Source of the DNA: Candidatus Methanomethylophilaceae archaeon | Lineage (GTDB): Archaea > Thermoplasmatota > Thermoplasmata > Methanomassiliicoccales > Methanomethylophilaceae | Length of the DNA stretch: 33,065 nucleotides | Assembly: GCA_944320495.1 (NCBI GenBank) | Contig: CALUHR010000004.1 | Span: 1-33,065, forward strand | Direction of reading: 5' to 3' | In this document: piece by piece, positions 1 to 6,966 of the stretch | How positions within the stretch are numbered: the stretch's first letter is position 1 | Layout: every line of letters starts with the position of its first letter | Notes under the pieces: generated by a model | Databases searched by the model: none | What the model saw: the letters and a program-made list of their open reading frames with translations, nothing else | Told to the model about the DNA's origin: nothing | Translations under genes and position numbers: made by a program

Positions 1-114
1 GCGTGTCTGAGTTCCCGTAGGCTTGCGCACTACAGTACAGGCAGATACGCGGGCGGACTTTACTTCCGGGTTCGGAATGGGACCGGGTGTTACCCCGCCG
101 CTATGGCCGTCTTA
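1..114 (-). rRNA. rrf: 5S rRNA (3' end runs off the window), stand-alone gene
   Basis: The reverse complement reads ...ACGGCCATAGCGGCGGGGTAACACCCGGTCCCATTCCGAACCCGGAAGTAAAG..., the conserved 5S signature. The 5' end is approximate (+/-3 nt). Confidence 0.93.
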
Positions 115-137
115 CCGAAACTGCGGAATCCTGTAAA

Positions 138-149
138 CTATATAATGAT
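138..149 (-). promoter_or_regulatory. TATA box of the 5S rRNA gene
   Basis: Minus strand ATCATTATATAG about 25-30 nt upstream of the 5S 5' end. Confidence 0.7.
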
Positions 150-239
150 TTCTATCAAGTCCGATATGATCCGCCCCCGTCTGTCGGTCCTTCCGAGGCC
201 CATTTAAAAAGTGACAAGGCGATTCATGCATCGATAGAG

Positions 240-533
240 ATGGCACTCCTGAAGAAGAAGGAAGGGAAGACCGAGAGCGCCGCCGCGGAGCCGAAGAAGG
301 CTCCGGCCAAGGCATCCGAGCCGAAGGAGGAGAAGGCCGCGCCGTCAGGCGCATATTTCGTATCCCCGCACCCGGACGGCGGATGGCAGGTCAAGAGGGC
401 CAACGCGCAGAAGGCCCTGAAGAAGTTCAAGACCAAGGCGGAGGCGGAAGCCTACGCCAAGCAGGTCGCATCCAACCAGGGCACCAGCGTCGTCCGTCAG
501 AAGAAGGACGGCAAGATACAGAAGAAGAGATGA
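240..533 (+). CDS. DUF2188-domain protein (97 aa) with Lys/Ala/Glu/Pro-rich N-terminal tail
   Basis: Motif YFVSPHPDGGWQVKRANAQKALKKFKTKAEAEAYAKQVA...VVRQKKDGKIQ. Start moved to ATG240 behind the TATA-like TTTAAAAA at about 203-210. Confidence 0.75.
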   Translation: MALLKKKEGKTESAAAEPKKAPAKASEPKEEKAAPSGAYFVSPHPDGGWQVKRANAQKALKKFKTKAEAEAYAKQVASNQGTSVVRQKKDGKIQKKR

Positions 534-540
534 GGGGCCG

Positions 541-558
541 CCCGGGCCGAGGCCCGGG
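541..558. terminator. Hairpin between convergent DUF2188 and hypC
   Basis: CCCGGGCC-GA-GGCCCGGG perfect inverted repeat. Confidence 0.55.
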
Positions 559-567
559 TCATGCCTC

Positions 568-798
568 TCAGCAGAAAGCGGTCTTGTCGCTGTCGAGGAC
601 CTCGTTCCAGAGCCTGATGGTCTCCTGGGCGTCCTCCTCGTCCATTATCTGGATGGCGAAGCCGGCGTGGACCACTGCCCAGTCTCCGACGTTCGCATCG
701 ACCATCGAGAGGTTGGCCTTCCTGGTCACGCCTCCGAAGTCGACATCACCCATCTCGCCGTCGATGGCGACGATCTTTCCGGGGATTGCCAAGCACAT
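568..798 (-). CDS. hypC: [NiFe]-hydrogenase maturation chaperone HypC/HupF
   Basis: N-terminal MCLAIPGKI and the VGDWAVVHAGFAI motif, 76 aa. Confidence 0.95.
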   Translation of the reverse strand: MCLAIPGKIVAIDGEMGDVDFGGVTRKANLSMVDANVGDWAVVHAGFAIQIMDEEDAQETIRLWNEVLDSDKTAFC

Positions 799-802
799 GT
801 TA

Positions 803-1162
803 TCACTCCGTCATGATCTTGATGATGGCCTCGGCGGGCTGGCCGTCGACCGCCTCCAGAGCTGCGATGGCCTGGTCCCTGTCGCAACCGGTCTGGGACA
901 TCACGAGGGAGATGTCATCCTCGGGGAAGGTCTGCTTCGCGACGCCGTCCTCTCCGATCATGCGCTCCTCGGTCTCTCCGGAGACCTGGAAGCTCTTGGT
1001 GCCGCCCATCTCGATGCAGATGACCTCGGCCCTCTTCACGACGATCTCCTTGTCCCTGGTCCTGATGATGACCTCGGTCACTCCGTCGACTGAGGACTGC
1101 TTGATCCCCATCTTCTTCATGGCCTGCTTCATCTGCCGGTCGTTGACCCTCATTCCGGACAT
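803..1162 (-). CDS. nac: Nascent polypeptide-associated complex protein (archaeal NAC)
   Basis: RQMKQAMKKMGI...VTEVII...FQVSG plus C-terminal UBA-like EDDISLVMSQTGCDRDQAIAALEAVDGQPAEAII. Start moved to MSGMR at 1162. Confidence 0.92.
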   Translation of the reverse strand: MSGMRVNDRQMKQAMKKMGIKQSSVDGVTEVIIRTRDKEIVVKRAEVICIEMGGTKSFQVSGETEERMIGEDGVAKQTFPEDDISLVMSQTGCDRDQAIAALEAVDGQPAEAIIKIMTE

Positions 1163-1212
1163 GTCCCGCTGATTCCCCTTGTCATTCTTAAGGTATGTGT
1201 TCTGGGCTTCCG

Positions 1213-2397
1213 TCACTGGGACAGGGCCCTCTCGACCGCTCCGCGCATGGCATCCAGCACGGTCTCCTCCATGGAGGGGTCCTGCACCCCGCCCTGGGCG
1301 AAGTCGGGCTTCCCGCCGCCGCGTCCGCCGAGGGGATTGAGCACCTCGGGGAGCAGCTTCCTGCAGTCGACAGCCGGGTCGCCGGAGGCCATGATCACGG
1401 ACAGCGTGTCCGTCACGCCGACGATGAGGGCGACGCCTCCGCGGGCCTTGACCGATTCGGCCAGCTCCGTCAGGGTCGCCCTGTCAGTCCCGGGGAGGGA
1501 TCCGCAGACGACCTCCCTTCCCGCGATGGTCTCGGAGGGCATGGACGCCGCCAGCCTCCTGGTGGCCTGCTTCAGGAGCCTCGTCTTGAGCTCGTCGTCC
1601 GCCCTCGTGTTGGCCACGGACCTGGGCGCGTCCTCCGCCTTGCAGCCGATGCCGTCCACGATCTCGAGGGCCGTGGTGGCGAGTGCCAGCGCGGCGTCCT
1701 TGGCGGGCTGTCCCACCTTGAAGTGGATGGCCACGCCGTCCGCTCCGGCGGAGACCTTTCTGTCGACGATGAGCATCTCGAGCTCGGACGTCTCCATGAC
1801 GTGGATCCCGCTGCAGGCGGAGAGGTCGATGTCCCCGATGGCGACGACGGTGATCTCCTCGTCCTCGGGGATCCTCTCCAGCTTGATCCTGACCTTCTCG
1901 AGGTCCGGGTCGTCGCGGTCCATGATGCTGCGGGTGACCGGGAGGTTGTCCACGATGGCCTGGTTCGCGAAGGCGGTGGCCGCCCTGATCTGGTCCCAGG
2001 TCAGGTCGTGGTTCACAATCACGTACTTGCTCTCGGGCGAGATATAGATCTTCGTGATGGTCAGGTCGGGGCACTGCCTCCTGAGGGAGCAGAACAGGAG
2101 GTGCTCGCCGGTGTGGCCCTGCATCAGATCGTAGCGCCTGTCCCAGTCCACGCTGCACCACACCCTCTCGCCTACCTTCAGGTCGTTCCCGGGGACGCGG
2201 TGGACGATGTCGCCCTTCTCGTTGCGGAACACCTCGGTGACGGCGCATCCGCGGATGGACCCGGTGTCGCACACCTGTCCGCCCCCTCCGGGGTAGAACG
2301 CGGTGCTGTCGAGCATCACGAGCTCGCCGTCCACGGATTCGACGTTGGCCTCGAACTCGAAGCCGTATCCGTCGCGTCTGAAGATCTCGTCTGTCAT
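1213..2397 (-). CDS. alaX: Alanyl-tRNA editing protein AlaX with C-terminal DHHA1 domain
   Basis: TAFYPGGGGQVCDTG, zinc motifs HTGEH and CSGIH, C-terminal GGRGGGKPDFAQGG. There is no aminoacylation domain (394 aa). Confidence 0.88.
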   Translation of the reverse strand: MTDEIFRRDGYGFEFEANVESVDGELVMLDSTAFYPGGGGQVCDTGSIRGCAVTEVFRNEKGDIVHRVPGNDLKVGERVWCSVDWDRRYDLMQGHTGEHLLFCSLRRQCPDLTITKIYISPESKYVIVNHDLTWDQIRAATAFANQAIVDNLPVTRSIMDRDDPDLEKVRIKLERIPEDEEITVVAIGDIDLSACSGIHVMETSELEMLIVDRKVSAGADGVAIHFKVGQPAKDAALALATTALEIVDGIGCKAEDAPRSVANTRADDELKTRLLKQATRRLAASMPSETIAGREVVCGSLPGTDRATLTELAESVKARGGVALIVGVTDTLSVIMASGDPAVDCRKLLPEVLNPLGGRGGGKPDFAQGGVQDPSMEETVLDAMRGAVERALSQ

Positions 2398-2460
2398 GGA
2401 GCGTCCTCAAGCCGAACAAAATCTTAATGAATGCGCCTGGACCTATCCAGAATCGATTAG

Positions 2461-2928
2461 ATGTCGCTCTCGGACTTCGATGAACTGGACAAACGTATAA
2501 TCGAACTTCTCTGCAGATCCAGCCAGGGCTCCTACAGGCAGCTCGCGAAGCAGCTCGACGTCCATCCGACGACCCTCATCCAGAGGGTCAAGAACCTGGA
2601 GTCCAAGGGGGTCATCAACGGGTACCGTGCCAGCATCGACTACATGAAGCTCGGCTTCGAGTACATGGGCATGGTCAGCGTCATCGCCGAGAACGTTGTG
2701 ACCGTCCAGGGCGAGATCTCCAAGATCCCGCAGGTGGTGTCCGTGTTCGACGTCACCGGAGACAGCGACTGCCTCGTCTGGATCGCCTGCCAGAACAGGG
2801 ACGAGTTCTCCGAGGTCGTGAAGGAGATCAACGCCGTGCCGGACGTCAAGAAGACCAGCACCGCGGTCATCCTGAACATCACCAAGGACCCGTTCACCTA
2901 CATCCCACCCATACTTGGCGAGAGGTGA
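2461..2928 (+). CDS. Lrp/AsnC family transcriptional regulator
   Basis: DELDKRIIELL...SYRQLAKQL...RVKNLESKGVINGYRASIDYMKLG HTH, then a RAM domain with VFDVTGDSD. Confidence 0.92.
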   Translation: MSLSDFDELDKRIIELLCRSSQGSYRQLAKQLDVHPTTLIQRVKNLESKGVINGYRASIDYMKLGFEYMGMVSVIAENVVTVQGEISKIPQVVSVFDVTGDSDCLVWIACQNRDEFSEVVKEINAVPDVKKTSTAVILNITKDPFTYIPPILGER

Positions 2929-2931
2929 TCC

Positions 2932-2950
2932 TCCGCCCCTCTGGGGCGGA
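2932..2950 (+). terminator. Hairpin after lrp
   Basis: TCCGCCCC-TCT-GGGGCGGA. Confidence 0.5.
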
Positions 2951-2994
2951 TATGCCCGATCGCAGGCATCGACGTATATCGCGCGCCCGTGCGA

Positions 2995-3008
2995 CCCTAT
3001 AAATAGGG
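2995..3008 (+). promoter_or_regulatory. aspS TATA box embedded in a palindrome
   Basis: CCCTAT-AA-ATAGGG contains TATAAATA, about 40 nt upstream of the aspS ATG. Confidence 0.55.
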
Positions 3009-3045
3009 ATTCCCAAGTCGGTCCCCCAGTTATAGAGGCGCTCTC

Positions 3046-4869
3046 ATGAGAAGAACGAACACCTGCGGCGAGCTCAGGCCCGAGGACCTGGGCAAGAAGG
3101 TATGTCTCCAGGGATGGGTCAGGTTCTCCAGGGATCACGGAGGAGTGGCATTCATCGACCTGGCGGACAGGTACGGAATCACTCAGGTCGTTTTCGACCC
3201 CGAGGCCCTCCCCGAGGGGGTCGACGCGAAGCATCTGGAGGAGGTCATGCGCGAGTTCTCCCGCGAGTCCTGCGTCCAGGTGGACGGGATCGTCAGGAGG
3301 AGGGTCGAGGGCACCGAGGATGCCAGGAACCCCACCGGCGAGGTCGAGGTGCTCATCACCGACGCCGAGCTGCTGAACAAGTGCAACCTCCCGCCGTTCG
3401 AGATCGGCGACCAGAAGGAGGGCGTCCTCCCGGATGAGGACATCAGGATGCGCTACAGGTACCTGGACCTCCGCAGGACCGAGATGGCCCAGGCCATGGT
3501 CTTCAGGAGCAGGCTCATCCACCTGGCCAGGCAGTATCTCGAGCAGCAGGGGTTCCTCGAGATCGAGACCCCCATGCTCGGCAGGTCCACGCCCGAGGGC
3601 GCCAGGGACTACATCGTCCCCTCAAGGGTCCACCCCGGGACCTTCTACGCGCTCACCCAGTCCCCCCAGCTGTACAAGCAGATGCTGATGGTCGGCGGCA
3701 TGGACCGCTACTACCAGGTCGCCAGGTGCTTCCGCGACGAGGACTCCAGGAAGGACCGCCAGCCCGAGTTCACCCAGCTGGACATGGAGATGTCCTTCGT
3801 GGACATGAAGGACATCCAGGACATGATCGAGGGCATGATGGCCTTCGTCTGGAAGGGTCTCTACGGCACCGAGCTGCAGACCCCGTTCCCCCACATCGCC
3901 TACCGCGACGCGATGGAGCGCTTCGGATCCGACAAGCCCGACATGAGGTACGGCCTGGAGTACGTCAAGCTCACCGACGTCGTCAGGGACGCCCCGTACA
4001 AGATCTTCCAGAACGTCATCGCCGAGGGCGGCATCGTCGCCGGAATGAACCTCAAGAAGGACATCGCCGGGGACAGGATCGGAAGGAACGACAGGGACAG
4101 GTACATCCACTACGCGAAGAAGGTCGGCCTCGGAGGACTCACCTGGATGTGGGTCGAGAACGGCAAGCTCGAGTCCAACATCACGAAGTACTTCACCCCT
4201 GAGATCCTCGAGAACATCAAGACCACCATGAACGCGGAGGAGGGCGACGTGCTCTTCCTCATCGCCGGACCCTGGAAGGCCACCTACGAGGGCGGCGGAC
4301 AGGTCAGGAAGAAGATCGCCGAGGACCTGGGTCTCGTGCCCAAGGATGTCTTCCAGTTCTTCTGGATGGACGAGTGCCCCATGTTCGAGGTCGACCCCGT
4401 CTCCGGCAAGTACGACGCGTTCCACCACCCGTTCGTCCTCCCGCAGAACGACCTTGACGACGACTACGTCGGAGGCGCCTGCTTCGACCTGTGCCTGAAC
4501 GGCAACGAGCTCGGATCCGGATCCCTCCGTATCCACAACGCCGACCTCCAGAGGGCTGTCTTCCACAAGCTCGGCCTCGACGACCAGAGGATCGAGGAGA
4601 ACTTCGGGTTCTTCGTCCAGGCCCTCGGGTTCGGAGCCCCGCCCCACGGAGGCATCGCGCTCGGAGTGGACAGGCTCTGCGCCATCCTGCTCCAGAGGGA
4701 CACCATCAGGGACGTCATCGCCTTCCCCAAGAACAAGAGGGCCGTCTCCCTGCTGGATGAGTCCCCCTCGCCGGTCCCCGACGAGAAGCTCGAGGAGCTC
4801 CAGATCATCTCCCTCGCGGGGGACCTGGACCTCGGCGACATCGAGGACGACTCCTCCGAGGAGGAGTGA
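3046..4869 (+). CDS. aspS: Aspartate--tRNA(Asp/Asn) ligase, bacterial-type with GAD insertion domain, predicted non-discriminating
   Basis: 607 aa. RTNTCGELR, RDHGGVAFIDL, RYRYLDLRR, LTQSPQLYKQMLM, CFRDEDSRKDRQPEFTQLDMEMSF, LNGNELGSGSLRIH and GAPPHGGIALGVDRL are bacterial AspRS signatures. Confidence 0.95.
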   Translation: MRRTNTCGELRPEDLGKKVCLQGWVRFSRDHGGVAFIDLADRYGITQVVFDPEALPEGVDAKHLEEVMREFSRESCVQVDGIVRRRVEGTEDARNPTGEVEVLITDAELLNKCNLPPFEIGDQKEGVLPDEDIRMRYRYLDLRRTEMAQAMVFRSRLIHLARQYLEQQGFLEIETPMLGRSTPEGARDYIVPSRVHPGTFYALTQSPQLYKQMLMVGGMDRYYQVARCFRDEDSRKDRQPEFTQLDMEMSFVDMKDIQDMIEGMMAFVWKGLYGTELQTPFPHIAYRDAMERFGSDKPDMRYGLEYVKLTDVVRDAPYKIFQNVIAEGGIVAGMNLKKDIAGDRIGRNDRDRYIHYAKKVGLGGLTWMWVENGKLESNITKYFTPEILENIKTTMNAEEGDVLFLIAGPWKATYEGGGQVRKKIAEDLGLVPKDVFQFFWMDECPMFEVDPVSGKYDAFHHPFVLPQNDLDDDYVGGACFDLCLNGNELGSGSLRIHNADLQRAVFHKLGLDDQRIEENFGFFVQALGFGAPPHGGIALGVDRLCAILLQRDTIRDVIAFPKNKRAVSLLDESPSPVPDEKLEELQIISLAGDLDLGDIEDDSSEEE

Positions 4870-4883
4870 AAACACCATCCGGG

Positions 4884-4905
4884 GGAGGGCTCTTGCCCTC
4901 CTTTT
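4884..4905. terminator. Hairpin plus T-tract after aspS, possibly bidirectional
   Basis: GGAGGGC-TCTT-GCCCTCC-TTTT. The minus strand also has a T-rich run (GTTTTC) just past the hairpin. Confidence 0.6.
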
Positions 4906-4931
4906 CACATTGTTCCAACTTCTTTCATGCT

Positions 4932-5011
4932 CCGAATGGGGCCGAGTTCCGAGTAGTACGGCCAGAGAACTCGTATCCGCATGTGCTGCGGCTTAGGCAC
5001 TCGTTATTCGG
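4932..5011 (-). ncRNA. Candidate structured small RNA (family unknown, strand tentative)
   Basis: Closing stem CCGAAT/ATTCGG encloses hairpins CCGCA/TGCGG and CGAGTTC/GAACTCG. It lies just downstream of the minus-strand reading of the TATA box at 5044-5051. Confidence 0.35.
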
Positions 5012-5026
5012 TTTCCTTGAATATTA

Positions 5027-5068
5027 TTAGGAATTCCTAATCATTATATATGTGTTAGTCATCCCTAA
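5027..5068. promoter_or_regulatory. Bidirectional TATA box flanked by two TTAG-N6-CTAA (DtxR/SirR-like) boxes
   Basis: TTAGGAATTCCTAA (5027-5040, within the perfect 16-bp palindrome 5026-5041), TTATATAT (5044-5051) and TTAGTCATCCCTAA (5055-5068). Confidence 0.6.
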
Positions 5069-5144
5069 ATTGTGGTCGGGACAGGTCGCATTCATGGGGG
5101 ATGATCCGTTCCGACCGCATTCGTCTGGAGGGAAGCGCGTGATA

Positions 5145-5198
5145 ATGGGAACCAAGGCACTCAAGGCCAAGATGACCGGCAAGAAGAACCGATTCTGA
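5145..5198 (+). CDS. Putative 17-aa basic small protein MGTKALKAKMTGKKNRF
   Basis: GGAGG at 5127 and GTGAT just before the ATG. All five Lys are AAG and most codons end in C/G. Its own promoter and terminator flank it. Alternative in-frame starts are GTG5139 and ATG5094. Confidence 0.45.
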   Translation: MGTKALKAKMTGKKNRF

Positions 5199-5224
5199 AC
5201 GTCAGTCAGCCTCTTTAGCGGGTG

Positions 5225-5270
5225 TCCCGGCCCCGGATCCGATGTCCGGGGTTCCGGGAATCCGATTTTT
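5225..5270 (+). terminator. Long GC hairpin plus T-tract after the micro-ORF
   Basis: TCCCGG-CCCCGGA...TCCGGGG-tt-CCGGGA followed by GATTTTT. Confidence 0.55.
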
Positions 5271-5301
5271 ATAATCTCCAGAAGATGGCGTCACGATCCG
5301 C

Positions 5302-5600
5302 ATGACCGTGGTCATCAATGTGTTCTATGAGGGAAGCGACGGCGCCACGGAGGCGTTCGTCGGCGATGTCGTCTCCGGGGGTCTGCTCGACGCGGTGCGC
5401 TCGGAGGACGGATGTCTGGGTTACGAGTACTTCAGGTCGATGGAGGATCCCGACAGGGTGCTCCTGGTGGAGCATTGGAGGGATGAGAAGGCTCTCGACG
5501 CGCACATCGCCGCCGAGAATCTCGCCCGCATCCAGTCGATCAAGGAGAGGCACGGGATCTCCGACAGGGTCGAGAAGTTCCTCTGCCGAGGGGGAAATGA
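5302..5600 (+). CDS. Antibiotic biosynthesis monooxygenase (ABM) family protein, natural stop apparently out of frame
   Basis: RSEDGCLGYEYFRSMEDPDRVLLVEHWRDEKALDAH is typical of ABM/quinol monooxygenases. The domain ends at about codon 98, where TGA (5598-5600) is one base out of frame. As given, the ORF reads on antisense into gatB to 6057. Confidence 0.75.
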
Positions 5601-5601
5601 T

Positions 5602-5624
5602 GGCGGGGCCTTCCCGACCCCGCC
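5602..5624. terminator. Hairpin between convergent ABM gene and gatB
   Basis: GGCGGGG-N9-CCCCGCC. Confidence 0.55.
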
Positions 5625-5628
5625 TGTT

Positions 5629-6966
5629 TCACAGCCTGGACTCGATGAGCCTCCTGACGGCCTCGACGACCTCGGCGGACGAGTAGCTGCCTCCGGAGTT
5701 CTTCATCACGAATCCGATGGCCTTGTTGGCCGCCTTGTCGTTCTTCCTGTAGTCGTCGATGATCCCGGGGTTCTGGTCCAGGTAATCGCTGACGAGCTTG
5801 TCCAGGTCGCCGGCGGCGCCCTTGGCGGACTCGATGTCCTCCCCGGTCATCAGGCACTTGATCTCGATGCCGCACTCGGTGTCGGTGATCTCTCCCGCGG
5901 CGAACCTGTCGATGATGCCCATGACGTCGGACACGTCGGCGCCGCTCGTCTCGAGGGACTTCCAGTTGGAGCTCACAGGACCCGCGACCCACTTCACGGC
6001 GCTCTGGGTGCCGTGCCTCGAGGCCACGGTCTCGAACAGCTCCGCCAGGTCCACTGAGGTGGACACGAGCTGCTTGGCCATCCTCTGGTCGATGCCGTAC
6101 TGCTGGGACATCCTGAGGGCCATCTTCTGGGGGCTCTCCTTTATCTTGATCGAGTCGGCGAGCTCCCTGATGTGGTAGACGCCGAGGTCGGGCTCGTCGA
6201 TGTAGCCGTAGTCGGCCTCGAACTCCTTCTTCCTGACGCTGATCGTCACCCCGCGCTCCTCGTCGAAGCGGCGGGTCTCGCGGTCGATCTTCCCTCCGGC
6301 CTTCAGGATCTTGGTCTGCCTGATGACCTCGTAGGTCAGGGCCCTCTCGACGTTCTTCAGCCCGGTGACGTTTTTGACCTCGCATCTCTCCTTCCCGACG
6401 GAGATGTTGCAGTCGCAGCGGATGCTGCGCTCCCCGTCCCCCGGGAGGTCGATGACGTGGCGGATGTCCTCGATGAGCTGCTTGAGGAACTCCCTGGCCT
6501 CGGCGGGGCTGGTCAGGTCCGGCTCGGTGACGATCTCCGCCAGGGGGATGCCCGAGCGGTTGTAGTCCACCAGGGACGAAAGGTCCCCGACCCTCTTGGT
6601 CTTGCCCGGGTCCTCCTCCACGTGGATCCTGGTGATCCTGATGGGCTTCTTGCCGTCCATGTAGTAGACGCCGCCCTCCCCGATGGGGTTGTCGTACTGC
6701 GTGATCTGGACGCTCTTCGACATGTCGGGGTAGAAGTACGTCTTCCTGGAGAACCAGGTGGTGTCGTTGACCCTACATCCGAGCATCTTGGCCAGCATGA
6801 TGCCGTACTCCAGCACCTTCCTGTTGAGGACGGGCCTGGATCCGGGCATGCCCAGGCACGTCGGGCACACGTGGGTGTTCGGCGCCGGGGCGTCGGTGGT
6901 CGGGCAGGAGCAGAACATCTTCGACCTGGTCGGGAGCTGCACGTGGATCTCCAATCCGATCTTCAT
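5629..6966 (-). CDS. gatB: Asp-tRNA(Asn)/Glu-tRNA(Gln) amidotransferase subunit B
   Basis: MKIGLEIHVQL..SKMFCSC, CPTCLGMPGSRP, FSRKTYFYPD, IHVEEDPGK, DYNRSGIPLAEIVTEP, RCDCNIS. ATGA overlap with the gatA stop. Confidence 0.95.
   Translation of the reverse strand: MKIGLEIHVQLPTRSKMFCSCPTTDAPAPNTHVCPTCLGMPGSRPVLNRKVLEYGIMLAKMLGCRVNDTTWFSRKTYFYPDMSKSVQITQYDNPIGEGGVYYMDGKKPIRITRIHVEEDPGKTKRVGDLSSLVDYNRSGIPLAEIVTEPDLTSPAEAREFLKQLIEDIRHVIDLPGDGERSIRCDCNISVGKERCEVKNVTGLKNVERALTYEVIRQTKILKAGGKIDRETRRFDEERGVTISVRKKEFEADYGYIDEPDLGVYHIRELADSIKIKESPQKMALRMSQQYGIDQRMAKQLVSTSVDLAELFETVASRHGTQSAVKWVAGPVSSNWKSLETSGADVSDVMGIIDRFAAGEITDTECGIEIKCLMTGEDIESAKGAAGDLDKLVSDYLDQNPGIIDDYRKNDKAANKAIGFVMKNSGGSYSSAEVVEAVRRLIESRL

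Noticed and set aside
87-239. N-terminal extension of the DUF2188 ORF overlapping the 5S gene
   Set aside because: It overlaps 5S rRNA and its promoter. A TATA box and ATG240 give a better start.
4904-5001. 25-31 aa minus-strand ORF (MRIRVLWPYYSELG...) within the structured element
   Set aside because: No SD and codon usage unlike the genome. The RNA structure explains the region better, though it is not fully excluded.
4932-5011. THF, SAM-I, c-di-GMP-II riboswitch or pistol ribozyme identity
   Set aside because: Only short words match (GAGTAG, GTATCCGC, GCCTAAGC). The required helices and spacing are absent, and no suitable downstream gene exists.
5026-5041. Same regulator for ATTAGGAATTCCTAAT and the amt box ATTAGACATTTGTCTAAT
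   Set aside because: They share ATTAG/CTAAT ends, but the spacers differ (6 versus 8 bp) and so do the inner bases, so they are treated as separate motifs.
5601-6057. ABM fused to a long C-terminal domain
   Set aside because: The extension is the antisense frame of gatB and crosses a terminator hairpin, so it is better explained by stop loss.
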